Positions 10,031 through 19,636 of a stretch of DNA of 59,131 nucleotides are shown one piece after another (the first letter of the stretch is position 1; every line of letters begins with the position of its first letter). The position numbers and the translations under genes are program-made. The stretch lies in the NCBI GenBank assembly GCA_945906755.1, contig CAMDRJ010000002.1, forward strand, positions 1-59,131. Reading direction: 5' to 3'. Source of the stretch: Klebsiella pneumoniae (GTDB lineage: Bacteria > Pseudomonadota > Gammaproteobacteria > Burkholderiales > SG8-39). The notes beneath the pieces were generated by a model. The model saw only the letters and a list, made by a program, of their open reading frames with translations, was not told the DNA's origin and ran no database searches.

Positions 10031-10663
10031 ATGAGCGATCAGGCCCCCTCGACAAAGGGGGCGCCCACAGGCGAGGGGTCTGCCCCCTTGATAAAGGGGG
10101 TGCCCGAAGGGCGGGGGATTCTACCGCCCGCCTACGACGCGGTCGATGCGATCTTCCCGGGTCGCGCGGGGCTTTGGACCGGCTGGGTGCTTGGCATCGT
10201 CGCCGCATCGGTGCTGTTCTCCATGATGCTCGTCACGTTTGTCGATGTGGCGGGCCGCAAGCTCTTCGTGAAGCCGCTCTACGGCGGCTATGAAATCACC
10301 GAGATGCTGATGGGCATGCTGATTTTTTGTGCGCTGCCCTTGATCACCGCGCGCGAGGGGCATGTCACGATCGACGTCTTCGATCGGATCGTGCCCGAAC
10401 GCTGGCGTCGCTGGCAGCAGGTGATCGTCACCGCAATCAGCACCGTCGCGCTCGCCTACATCGCGTGGCGACTCTGGGCCTTGTCGTTTGAGCACGTCAA
10501 GAACCGCGAAGTGACGATGACCTTGCATATCCCGCACGGGCCCTTCGCGCGCTTGTTCGCGACGATGTCTGCGCTGTCCGCGTTGGCATCGCTCATGATC
10601 TTCTGGGGATACCTCCGCGGCACGCGGAAAGTGCGCGCGCTCGCGCCGGGAGAAAGCGGTTAG
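10031..10663 (+). CDS. TRAP transporter small permease (DctQ family), with an unusual repeat-containing N-terminal extension
   Basis: The C-terminal ~150 aa have the DctQ pattern (VDVAGRKLF..GGYEITEMLM..PLITAREGHVTIDV). The true start is uncertain because the first ~35 codons are repeat DNA. Confidence 0.8.
   Translation: MSDQAPSTKGAPTGEGSAPLIKGVPEGRGILPPAYDAVDAIFPGRAGLWTGWVLGIVAASVLFSMMLVTFVDVAGRKLFVKPLYGGYEITEMLMGMLIFCALPLITAREGHVTIDVFDRIVPERWRRWQQVIVTAISTVALAYIAWRLWALSFEHVKNREVTMTLHIPHGPFARLFATMSALSALASLMIFWGYLRGTRKVRALAPGESG
10043..10120 (+). repeat. Imperfect 39-nt tandem duplication (2 units), each unit containing a CCCCCT..AAGGGGG hairpin
   Basis: Unit 1 is 10043-10081 and unit 2 is 10082-10120. 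I counted 29 of 39 positions identical. The units are in frame and encode APSTKGAPTGEGS / APLIKGVPEGRGI. Confidence 0.8.
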
Positions 10664-10675
10664 CCGCGATTACCG

Positions 10676-11983
10676 ATGATCGAAACCCTCGTCGCCTTCG
10701 CGATATTGTTGTTGCTTGCCTTCGCGCGCGTGCCGATTGCGCTCGCGATGTTGATTGTCGGCGTTGCCGCATTTGCGACCAAGCGGGGCATAGCACCGGC
10801 GTTGGAACAGCTCGCGCTCACAACCTTCGCCGCGGGGATCAACTACGAGTTGTCGGTGATCCCGCTCTTCATCCTCATGGGCAATTTCGTCGCGAGCGCC
10901 GGCATGTCACAGGAATTGTTTCGCGCGGCGTACACCTTCATCGGTCATTGGCGTGGTGGGTTGGCGATGTCGACCATCGTCGCTTGCGCCGGGTTCGGCG
11001 CGATCTGCGGATCATCGGTCGCCACCGCCGCGACGATGACGCGGGTGGCGTATCCGCCAATGAAGAAGCTCGGCTATTCGGACAAACTCGCTGCGAGCGT
11101 CATTGCAGCAGGCGGCACGCTTGGCATTCTGATTCCGCCATCGACCATCATGGTCATCTACGGGATCATGACCGAAACCAATATCGGCAAGCTATTCGCG
11201 GCCGGTGTATTGCCCGGTATCCTGGCGGTGCTGCTGCTTTGTCTGGCGGTTCAATATGTCATCTGGCGCGATCCCAAGTCGGGCCCGCCCGGTGCGCGGT
11301 CGAGTTGGGCCGAGCGGCTCGTGGCGGTCAAAGACATCTGGGGTGTCGTGCTGCTTTTCATCGTGTCGATCGGCGGCATCTATGGCGGCATCTTCACCGC
11401 GACCGAAGGCGCAGGGGTCGGTGCGTTCGGAGCGTTCATCTTCGCCTTGGCACGGCGATCGCTGACCTGGAGAATCTTGTTCGAAGTGCTGGTCGAGTCG
11501 GCGCGCACGACCTCGATGCTATTCATGATCCTCATCGGTGCGCTGGTATTTGCGAACTACATCAATTTCACCAGCATGCCCACCGATCTCACCGATTTCG
11601 TCAAACGGTTCGAGATCCATCCGATCATGGTGATCGTTGTGATCTGCGCGATCTATGTGCTGCTTGGCACCGCGATGGAAGAGCTCTCGATGATTCTGCT
11701 CACCGTGCCGGTGTTCTTCCCATTGGTAATGGGGCTTGGCTTCGACCCGGTGTGGTTCGGCATCCTGGTCGTGGTGGTGGTGGAGATCGGACTTATCAGT
11801 CCGCCGGTTGGCATGAACCTGTTCGTCATCACTTCGCTGTTGCCGCACATTTCCACGCCCACGCTGTTTCGCGGCGTAACACCGTTCGTGCTGGCCGATG
11901 TGATTCGCCTTGGCATCCTGATCGCCTTCCCGGCGATCTCGCTATGGCTGCCTTCGGTACTGAAGGTTGCTGGAAAGGGTTAA
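10676..11983 (+). CDS. TRAP transporter large permease (DctM family)
   Basis: 435-aa polytopic ORF directly after the DctQ-like gene, with typical DctM blocks (GGTLGILIPPS, ISPPVGMNLF). Confidence 0.9.
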   Translation: MIETLVAFAILLLLAFARVPIALAMLIVGVAAFATKRGIAPALEQLALTTFAAGINYELSVIPLFILMGNFVASAGMSQELFRAAYTFIGHWRGGLAMSTIVACAGFGAICGSSVATAATMTRVAYPPMKKLGYSDKLAASVIAAGGTLGILIPPSTIMVIYGIMTETNIGKLFAAGVLPGILAVLLLCLAVQYVIWRDPKSGPPGARSSWAERLVAVKDIWGVVLLFIVSIGGIYGGIFTATEGAGVGAFGAFIFALARRSLTWRILFEVLVESARTTSMLFMILIGALVFANYINFTSMPTDLTDFVKRFEIHPIMVIVVICAIYVLLGTAMEELSMILLTVPVFFPLVMGLGFDPVWFGILVVVVVEIGLISPPVGMNLFVITSLLPHISTPTLFRGVTPFVLADVIRLGILIAFPAISLWLPSVLKVAGKG

Positions 11984-12078
11984 GCCGCACCGCGCAGCAG
12001 CTTCTCGAGGCGAATGCCATCCCCAAGATTGTCGTTCGCTGCACAAAGCAATCGACTTCCGCGGGCCGTTACGAACGG

Positions 12079-13803
12079 CTACTTCGTCGGCCGAATCACC
12101 GTCACCTTGCCCTTCGGGATGGCAATTGTCTCGGGACGGACTCGCAGATTTGGCAAGATCTCCATAACCTGCTTTGCGAGAGCTTGAGACCGTGCGTTCT
12201 CAAAAGTGCGCATTTCAAGAATCAGCTTCGTGTGCTCCGCGCTTGGATCCGGCTTTTCGTAAGTGGCCTCATGTTCTATAAGGCGATCCTTTGTTCTTGT
12301 GTAAAGACGTACGGCCATCCCTCCTCCCGTCTCTCCAATCATGGTTAACGAGTGGGGGCGCGAGGTATCCGATACATTGCCATACATGCCGCCGTCGATT
12401 GACAACCCGACGGAATCTTTCGCGCTAAGATAGTTCAAAGGTTGATCAAGTAGTTGCACCAGTTTTCCGTTCTTAACGTCGTACTCGAAAGCGCCACCGA
12501 ATACGCCGGAGCGTTGCCCTCCCTCAATCCAGTGCTCTTTTCTTCCGTAGCCGATTACGCGACCATTTTGTGATAACAATCGATTTGCGAAATTCACTTT
12601 CGTGTCATGTAATGTCGTTGCGGACGACCTAATGTCGTAAATGCCCAGGAGGGTGTTCTTCTTATCTGCAACCCAACCAGATCTATCAACAGGGCTCACC
12701 AACATGAACAGCTTGCCATTTAGAAGCACCATGTCCTCCAATCGGCCATGCCGATGCGCTGCCCGATTAAGCGCATCGATGGATTGGACAGCGCCCGACT
12801 TGCGATTGATGAGAAATGCGCCGACATTGGACGTACCGTAGTAGATGTTGTTGCCGCTTGCGATTACACCGACGATTTCACTCGTTCCGGGAAGCGTCAC
12901 ATAATCCGTGCGTTCGGCAGTATCCAGGTCGATTGCCGTGACGCCCTTCAGCGAACCGAGCCATGCAACGCGACCGTCGACGAAAAACGAGGTGAATCCT
13001 TCGTATGGAAGTCGAAATACGATGCTCCGATTCACGTCAATGATGTCCTGGCTATGCCACATAGCGCCCTCGATGTCACGGATGACGAAAATCATCGGTA
13101 GGCTGCTCTTATTGTTGGGGTCGCGAAGGAACGAAGGATTAAAGCCCCTTTGCTCGTACCACGGAGGAATCGCTAATGGTGGCGATCCGTCATACGAAGA
13201 ATTCCAAATTGGGCCTTCTAGGGCCTCCGTAGAAAACTTGCTGTCGGCCGCAACACCGTATGCCCATTTTCGCGTCTTCGGATCGAGGGCCTTGATTCCT
13301 CCAGATGTCTGAAACACGATCGTAGAATCGGCCTTGAAGATGCCGTTAGCCTTGATGCTATTCGAATCGACAAATGGGTAGAGGCGATCCGCTTCACCTT
13401 TCGCGATCGTGCGCTGCTTTAACTCTTCGGCGTTGATTCGATCCAGTGCTATAGCGCGCTCAGCCCAAGTACGCCGACGCACGTATTCGTCTGGCGTACT
13501 GTCTTCCGACAGCTTAAGCAGCCCTTTGACCGTCGGACGTTCGCTAGTGAGAAACTCGGTCGCGAGCCAACCGCGCCGACCATGCTCATGACTGCTCTGG
13601 ACCACTACGTGCGCCCAATGCTCATCCGACTTCAGGATTTCCACTTCCGTGGCAATCGGTAGCTTGGCGACAATGGTTGCGTCAGTACTGGGCTGGTCGC
13701 GCAGATTGACGGTCGTTGCAACGACATAGCGCCGCTCCCCTGCGTAGGCACTCAAGGCCATGAGCGCCAGAAAGAAAACACTCCAAATCTTCATCACAGG
13801 CAT
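12079..13803 (-). CDS. Secreted hypothetical protein: signal peptide, bacterial SH3-like domain, then a large beta-rich (propeller-like) region
   Basis: MKIWSVFFLALMALSAYA signal. SH3b-like segment VVATTVNLRDQPSTDATIVAKLPIATEVEILKSDEHWAHV. GC is visibly lower than in the neighbours. The likely start is the second ATG at 13794, which has AGGAG upstream. Confidence 0.6.
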   Translation of the reverse strand: MPVMKIWSVFFLALMALSAYAGERRYVVATTVNLRDQPSTDATIVAKLPIATEVEILKSDEHWAHVVVQSSHEHGRRGWLATEFLTSERPTVKGLLKLSEDSTPDEYVRRRTWAERAIALDRINAEELKQRTIAKGEADRLYPFVDSNSIKANGIFKADSTIVFQTSGGIKALDPKTRKWAYGVAADSKFSTEALEGPIWNSSYDGSPPLAIPPWYEQRGFNPSFLRDPNNKSSLPMIFVIRDIEGAMWHSQDIIDVNRSIVFRLPYEGFTSFFVDGRVAWLGSLKGVTAIDLDTAERTDYVTLPGTSEIVGVIASGNNIYYGTSNVGAFLINRKSGAVQSIDALNRAAHRHGRLEDMVLLNGKLFMLVSPVDRSGWVADKKNTLLGIYDIRSSATTLHDTKVNFANRLLSQNGRVIGYGRKEHWIEGGQRSGVFGGAFEYDVKNGKLVQLLDQPLNYLSAKDSVGLSIDGGMYGNVSDTSRPHSLTMIGETGGGMAVRLYTRTKDRLIEHEATYEKPDPSAEHTKLILEMRTFENARSQALAKQVMEILPNLRVRPETIAIPKGKVTVIRPTK

Positions 13804-13991
13804 GCTCCTACGCTAGCGATAATCGTTACTTCGGGCGCACGGCAGAGGGGCTTGCCATGGGCGAAAATCGAAGTCGATCGTATCGGACGGCACGTGAAGA
13901 AATAGGATGCTGATTAGCTGAATTTAGAGATCGGTGGGGCCTATTGCGCAGCGTTACGGCGTCATTGGTTCGCCATCATTGGGTTGAGCGA

Positions 13992-14939
13992 CTAGCGACT
14001 TCCACACTGTGCTTTTTGATAGTCGCGAATAATCGAATCAATACTTTCATCGCGCGTGAATCCGATCGCACAGGCCCGCTCGGACGGGTGATCCTTCGGC
14101 CATCGCCCAAACATTGGCTCCACCACTGGGTCGGGCGCGAACTTGACGAGCGGCCACACGTCTTGGCCACGCGCGCGACTCACCGCATCGAGAATTTCGC
14201 GGATCGTCACCGATACGGCGGGCAGGGTGACGGCCCGATGCGCGCCCCACTCTGAGGTTGGCGTGGTGGCTGCATGAATCAAGTTGCGGACCGCGCTATC
14301 GATCGATTGGATCCAGATTCTTGCCTCGGCCGATACCGGTGAGACGAGCGGTCGCCCGGCGAGCGGTTCGCGAATCAGATCGCTATTGAACGCCGATAGT
14401 GCGCCATTGGGCGCGGGCGGCCGAACCACGACGCCCGATAAGCGTGGCGCCCGCCCATCGACAAAGCCACGACGTGTGTAGTCATCCACCAGATATTCGC
14501 CGATCACCTTGGCCGTGCCATAAGATAGCGTTGGCATTGGTGTCGTTGAATCGAGAATCACCTGTGGCAACGGTTGTCCAAATACGGCAATCGAGCTTGC
14601 GACTACGATACGCGGGACCGTGCGAAGGCTGCGGCAGGCCTCAAGCACCAGGCGTGTGCCGTCGAGATTGGTCGCGAACCCCGCGTCAAAATTCGCCTCT
14701 GCCGCTCCGCTCACCATTCCGGCCAGATGGAAGACGAGGCCGATGTCGGGCGTGACGAGTGATCGGACGAAATCCGGATCGGCGATATTGCCGACATGTG
14801 GCTCAAAGCGCGCATCGGTATGGGTGGACGCGATGCAGTCCGCGCCGATCACGCGTTCGCAATCCATGGACCCATCCAGCAACGAGCGAACGAGATGCGT
14901 GCCGACGAAGCCCGCGGCGCCGGTGACAAGGATATGCAT
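13992..14939 (-). CDS. NAD-dependent epimerase/dehydratase-family SDR (resembles the D-erythronate dehydrogenase DenD subgroup from memory)
   Basis: Rossmann motif ILVTGAAGFVG and catalytic YGTAK. Start trimmed to MHILVTG. The subgroup assignment is unverified. Confidence 0.8.
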   Translation of the reverse strand: MHILVTGAAGFVGTHLVRSLLDGSMDCERVIGADCIASTHTDARFEPHVGNIADPDFVRSLVTPDIGLVFHLAGMVSGAAEANFDAGFATNLDGTRLVLEACRSLRTVPRIVVASSIAVFGQPLPQVILDSTTPMPTLSYGTAKVIGEYLVDDYTRRGFVDGRAPRLSGVVVRPPAPNGALSAFNSDLIREPLAGRPLVSPVSAEARIWIQSIDSAVRNLIHAATTPTSEWGAHRAVTLPAVSVTIREILDAVSRARGQDVWPLVKFAPDPVVEPMFGRWPKDHPSERACAIGFTRDESIDSIIRDYQKAQCGSR

Positions 14940-15060
14940 GAACTTCCTGATCTTTCCGTAGCGTATCAATCGTAGAATCGAACCGATGGTACGGCATCAG
15001 CCCGGTTGAGGCACCATTGGTATCGGCGGATCACCCTGTCCGCCGTCAAGGATCGATTGA

Positions 15061-17373
15061 ATGAAGATCAATGTATTAGGTGGTGGACCCGCTGGCCTCT
15101 ACTTTTCCATTCTGTATAAGAAGGCCAACCCATCCGCCGAGATCACGCTCTTTGAGCGCAACCGCCCGACCGATACGTTCGGTTGGGGTGTGGTGTTTTC
15201 CGATGCGACGCTTGGTAATTTCGAGCGCGCAGACCACGAGAGTCATCGCCAGATCGTCGGCACGTTCCGCCATTGGGACAATATCGACACCTGGTTTCGC
15301 GGTCGCAAGATCACCTCGGGCGGCCATGGCTTCTGCGGCATCGCCCGCGTGCGCTTATTGCAGATTCTTTCGGCGCGCGCGGAAGACCTCGGCGTTGATC
15401 TGCACTATGGCAACGAAGTCAAAGATATTGAAGAGCTTCGCATGGATGCCGATCTGGTCGTTGCATCCGACGGACTGAATTCGATGGCCCGCAGAAAATA
15501 CGAAACCCAGTTTCAACCCGATGTGGATATGCGCAAGTGCCGCTTCATCTGGCTTGGCACGAAGAAGCGCCTGGATGCGTTCACGTTTTCATTCAAGGAA
15601 ACCGAGCACGGTTGGTTTGCCCTGCATGCGTACCGCTTCGATGCCGAGCATTCCACGTTCATCGTTGAAACGCCGGAAGACGTGTGGCTCAAACACGGCA
15701 TCGACAAGATGGAGCAGGACGAATCGATCGCCTTGTGCGAGCGTTTGTTCGCCGATTTATTGGACGGCCACAAGCTCATCTCGAACGCCCGGCATCTGCG
15801 CGGCGCGGCAGTCTGGATCAAGTTTCCGCGCATTCTGTGCCGCAAGTGGCATCACGAGAATGTGGTGCTGATCGGCGATGCCGCGCATACAGCGCATTTC
15901 TCGATCGGCTCGGGCACCAAGCTCGCGATGGAAGATGCAATCGCATTGGCCCGCACGCTAGGCAGTGGACCGGCGCTGGAAGGCGATGCCGAGACGGCGC
16001 GGATCGAGCAGGCGCTCGCGGCATACCAGGCCGAGCGCGAGATCGAAGCGCTGCGCCTGCAAAGCTCGGCGCGCAATCGCATGGAGTGGTTCGAGAATGT
16101 GAAGCGCTATGTGCATATGGAGCCGGAGCAATTCACCTATACGTTGCTCACCGGCAGCCAGCGCATCGGGCATGAGAATTTGCGCCTGCGTGATGCAGGG
16201 TACGTCGAGAGCGTCGAGCGCTGGGTTGCGCAGCAGGCGGGGCTCGCCGACAAGCCTCTGCCGCCGATGTTCACCCCATTCAAGGCGCGTGGACTGACTC
16301 TCTCAAATCGCGTGATGATGTCGCCGATGGCGATGTACTCATGCAGTGAAGGCATGCCCGACGATTTTTACCTCGTGCATCTTGGTTCGCGCGCATTGGG
16401 TGGAGCAGGGCTGATCTTCACCGAAATGACGGCGCCCTCGGCTGATGCGCGCATCACACCCGGCTGCGCGGGAATCTGGAATGACGCGCAGCATCAATCA
16501 TGGCGGCGCATCGTCGAATTCGTGCATGGCAATTCGAACACCAAGATCGGCTTGCAGATCGGGCATGCCGGCCGCAAAGGGTCGACCAAGCTCGCCTGGG
16601 AACTCACCGACGAACCCCTTGCTGCGGGCAATTGGCCCTTGGTCTCAGCGTCGCCCATCCCGTACTTGCCGCATAGTCAGGTGCCGCGCGAAGCGACGCG
16701 GGACGATATGGATCGCATCAAGCGCGAGACAGTCATGGCGGTCGAGCGCGCAATCGAGATCGGTTTCGACATGATCGAGTTCCACTGCGCACATGGCTAT
16801 CTCTTCTCCAGTTTTCTTTCGCCGCTCACCAATCAACGGACCGACCAATATGGTGGTTCGATCGAGAATCGCTGCCGTTATCCGCTCGAAGTGTTCAAAG
16901 CGATCCGCGCGGTGTGGCCGGCTGATAAACCGATTTCCGTGCGGCTTTCCTGTCACGATTGGTATCCAGGTGGCAACACGGCTGATGATGCGGTGCTGAT
17001 CGCAAGGATTTTCAAGGAAGCGGGCGCTGATTTGATCGGCTGTTCGTCTGGTCAAGTCGTGAAGAAAGAAAAGCCGGTGTATGGGCGTATGTACCAGACG
17101 CCATTTTCCGACCGTGTGCGCAATGAAGTGGGCATCCCGACGATCGCGGTGGGCAACATCTTCGAGTTTGATCACATCAACACGATCATCGCCGCCGGGC
17201 GCGCAGACCTTTGCGCGTTGGCGCGGCCTCACTTGGCAGACCCATTCTGGACGCTGCGAGCGGCTGCCGAGCAGCACTACACTGACATCGTGTGGCCCAA
17301 GCAGTACTACATGGGTCGACTGCAGTTGGAGCGCAATCTGGACCGGGCGGCGCAGATGGCGATGCAAGCGTGA
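15061..17373 (+). CDS. Bifunctional FAD monooxygenase / Old-Yellow-Enzyme-type reductase fusion (salicylyl-CoA 5-hydroxylase / 2-aminobenzoyl-CoA monooxygenase-reductase family)
   Basis: 770 aa. The N-terminal half has GGGPAGLYF and [11 protein letters not shown] motifs. The C-terminal half has OYE-type blocks ([27 protein letters not shown]). This fusion architecture is characteristic of the family. Confidence 0.85.
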   Translation: MKINVLGGGPAGLYFSILYKKANPSAEITLFERNRPTDTFGWGVVFSDATLGNFERADHESHRQIVGTFRHWDNIDTWFRGRKITSGGHGFCGIARVRLLQILSARAEDLGVDLHYGNEVKDIEELRMDADLVVASDGLNSMARRKYETQFQPDVDMRKCRFIWLGTKKRLDAFTFSFKETEHGWFALHAYRFDAEHSTFIVETPEDVWLKHGIDKMEQDESIALCERLFADLLDGHKLISNARHLRGAAVWIKFPRILCRKWHHENVVLIGDAAHTAHFSIGSGTKLAMEDAIALARTLGSGPALEGDAETARIEQALAAYQAEREIEALRLQSSARNRMEWFENVKRYVHMEPEQFTYTLLTGSQRIGHENLRLRDAGYVESVERWVAQQAGLADKPLPPMFTPFKARGLTLSNRVMMSPMAMYSCSEGMPDDFYLVHLGSRALGGAGLIFTEMTAPSADARITPGCAGIWNDAQHQSWRRIVEFVHGNSNTKIGLQIGHAGRKGSTKLAWELTDEPLAAGNWPLVSASPIPYLPHSQVPREATRDDMDRIKRETVMAVERAIEIGFDMIEFHCAHGYLFSSFLSPLTNQRTDQYGGSIENRCRYPLEVFKAIRAVWPADKPISVRLSCHDWYPGGNTADDAVLIARIFKEAGADLIGCSSGQVVKKEKPVYGRMYQTPFSDRVRNEVGIPTIAVGNIFEFDHINTIIAAGRADLCALARPHLADPFWTLRAAAEQHYTDIVWPKQYYMGRLQLERNLDRAAQMAMQA

Positions 17374-17465
17374 GAGCGAACGTCATCATGCCAAGCGGCG
17401 GGACGGAATGCGAGATTGGAACTGTAGGCCATGCGCCGTACCATTCGGTCACAAGGAGGCAATCA

Positions 17466-18476
17466 ATGCAACGACCAAACGAGTTATCGGGACATGAATT
17501 GACACGACGCTCGATCCTTGGTGTCGCCGCCGCCGGAGCGCTGCTTGCGATGCGTCCCTCGTTCGGGCAACAAGGTTCGCCGGCGGTATCTATTCCTCGC
17601 GCCAAGGGCCCGCGCGTTTGGCTCGATATGGACCAGGCTGAACTCGACGCCGCTTACGATCAGAGCGTCTATGCGCCGAACCTCTCGCAAATCGTCAAGC
17701 GCTATGCCACCAACAGCGACGCCGTTCGTGCCCGCTTGGGCGTGCCGCGGCGCATCGCGTACGGCCCCACGGCGATCGAGGGCCTCGACATTTATGCGAC
17801 CAAGCGCCCCAATGCGCCGGTCAATATCTTTATTCATGGCGGTGCGTGGCGCGGCGGGCTTGCCAAGGATTCCGCGTATCCCGCCGAACTGTTCGTCAAT
17901 GCCGGCGCGCACTATGTCGTGCCCGATTTCATCAATGTGCTGGAGTCGGGCGGGGATCTCATGCCGATGGCACAGCAGGTGCGACGTGCGGTGGCATGGG
18001 TGTATCGCAATGCGCGAAGCATTGGCGCTGACCCGGAGCGCATCTATGTGTCCGGCCATTCTTCGGGTGGCCACCTCGCAGGGGTGGTCCTCACGACCGA
18101 TTGGCGGAAGGAATTCGACCTGCCGAACGACACGGTGAAGGGCGTGCTCTGTTGCAGTGGCATGTTCGACCTGAAGCCGGTGCGTCTATCGGCGCGCAGT
18201 TCGTATGTGAAATTTACCGACGAAGTCGAGCAGGCGCTTAGCGCGCAACGCCATCTCAATCGTATCCATGTCCCGGTCATCGTCGCATACGGCACGCTTG
18301 AAACGCCTGAGTTTCAGCGCCAGGCGCGCGATTTCGCCGCGGCGGTTACGGCCGCGGGCAAGCCGGTGCGGCTACTGGTCGGCGAGGGTTACAACCACTT
18401 CGAAATGCCGGAGACGCTGGCCAATCCGTATGGACTCTTGGGGCGCGCGGTGCTGGATCAGATGAAGCTTGCGTAG
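17466..18476 (+). CDS. Alpha/beta hydrolase (esterase/arylformamidase-like) with a twin-arginine-type signal peptide
   Basis: Start trimmed to the ATG preceded by AAGGAGG. N-terminus TRRSILGVAAAGALLA, oxyanion motif HGGAWRGG, nucleophile elbow GHSSGG. Confidence 0.8.
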   Translation: MQRPNELSGHELTRRSILGVAAAGALLAMRPSFGQQGSPAVSIPRAKGPRVWLDMDQAELDAAYDQSVYAPNLSQIVKRYATNSDAVRARLGVPRRIAYGPTAIEGLDIYATKRPNAPVNIFIHGGAWRGGLAKDSAYPAELFVNAGAHYVVPDFINVLESGGDLMPMAQQVRRAVAWVYRNARSIGADPERIYVSGHSSGGHLAGVVLTTDWRKEFDLPNDTVKGVLCCSGMFDLKPVRLSARSSYVKFTDEVEQALSAQRHLNRIHVPVIVAYGTLETPEFQRQARDFAAAVTAAGKPVRLLVGEGYNHFEMPETLANPYGLLGRAVLDQMKLA

Positions 18477-18607
18477 GCGTCCAGCCGCAAGCACATTGAC
18501 TGCGCGTATCGGTCGGCCTTCGACGCCGATGCTATAGTTCAAGGCATTCGCGCGACAACATCGATGCCGCGATTTTCGATTCTCCGCCTGAAAAGAGTCC
18601 AGCCAAT

Positions 18608-19633
18608 ATGATCATCGACTGCCACGGTCACTACACGACCGCCCCAAAACAGCTTGACGCCTATCGGAAAAGCCAGACCGATGGGTTGAACGATGCAAAA
18701 CACGTCCCGTCCAAGGGCTCGCTTGGGATTTCTGACGACCAGATCCGTGAAAGCCTGGAAGGCGCGCAGCTCAAGATCCAACGCGAGCGCGGCACCGATC
18801 TCACGATTTTCTCGCCGCGTGCGATGGGCATGGGCCACCATATCGGCAATGAGACCACCAGCATCCACTGGTCGGAGCATTGCAATGAGCTGATCTATCG
18901 GGTCTGCAATCTTTATCCGAAAAATTTTGTTGGCGTTTGCCAATTACCGCAGTCGACCGGCGTGCCACCCAAGAACAGCATTCCTGAACTGGTGCGTTGC
19001 GTGAACGAATTCGGATTCATTGGGCTTAACCTGAATCCCGATCCATCGGGTGGCCATTGGTCCGATCCGCCGCTGACCGATCGCAAGTGGTGGTATCCGA
19101 TCTACGAGAAGATGGTCGAGCTTGATGTGCCCGCGATGATCCATGTGAGCGGATCGTGCAACCCGCATTTCCATGCGACCGGCGCGCATTACATCAATGG
19201 CGATACCACCGCGTTCATGCAATTCATTACCGGTGACATCTTCAAGGATTTCCCGACCATTAAATTCATCATCCCACATGGCGGCGGTGCGGTGCCTTAT
19301 CACTGGGGTCGCTATCGTGGCCTGGCGCAAGACATGGGCAAGCCACCGATGAAGGATCTCTTGCTCAACAACGTCTACTTCGATACTTGCGTGTATCACC
19401 AGCCGGGCATCGATCTCTTGCTGAAAGTGATTCCCGCCGACAACATCCTCTTCGCCTCTGAGATGGTGGGCGCGGTGCGTGGCATCGATCCGGAAACCGG
19501 TTTCCATTTCGACGATACCAAGCGTTACATCGAAGGCAGCAAAACCCTCAGCGCCACTGATAAAGAAAAAATCTACGCCGGCAACATCAGCAAGGTGTAT
19601 CCGCGCTTTGCCAAACGCGCGAAGAAGGGCTGA
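18608..19633 (+). CDS. Amidohydrolase-2 family protein, 4-oxalomesaconate hydratase (LigJ)-like
   Basis: 341 aa. N-terminus MIIDCHGHYT, with blocks NLNPDP, PAMIHVSGS, IIPHGGGAVPY and YFDTCVY. Same length and block pattern as LigJ as I recall it. Confidence 0.75.
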   Translation: MIIDCHGHYTTAPKQLDAYRKSQTDGLNDAKHVPSKGSLGISDDQIRESLEGAQLKIQRERGTDLTIFSPRAMGMGHHIGNETTSIHWSEHCNELIYRVCNLYPKNFVGVCQLPQSTGVPPKNSIPELVRCVNEFGFIGLNLNPDPSGGHWSDPPLTDRKWWYPIYEKMVELDVPAMIHVSGSCNPHFHATGAHYINGDTTAFMQFITGDIFKDFPTIKFIIPHGGGAVPYHWGRYRGLAQDMGKPPMKDLLLNNVYFDTCVYHQPGIDLLLKVIPADNILFASEMVGAVRGIDPETGFHFDDTKRYIEGSKTLSATDKEKIYAGNISKVYPRFAKRAKKG

Positions 19634-19636
19634 TCG

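Noticed and set aside
10043-10120. CRISPR array or other spaced-repeat locus; checked here and at 51860-51889 and 54827-54963
   Set aside because: The repeats are only two units long and directly adjacent or palindromic. There are no unique spacers of regular length and no cas genes.
10948-12348. 466-aa plus-strand ORF, very Arg/His/Gly-rich
   Set aside because: It runs in an alternative frame across the DctM-like gene and then antisense into the SH3b gene. It has no recognisable motifs and its composition is typical of GC-rich shadow ORFs.
17292-17465. 58-codon N-terminal extension of the alpha/beta hydrolase ORF, overlapping the end of the monooxygenase/reductase gene
   Set aside because: An internal ATG at 17466 is preceded by AAGGAGG and is followed immediately by a signal-peptide-like sequence. 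The extension has no hydrophobic or conserved character.
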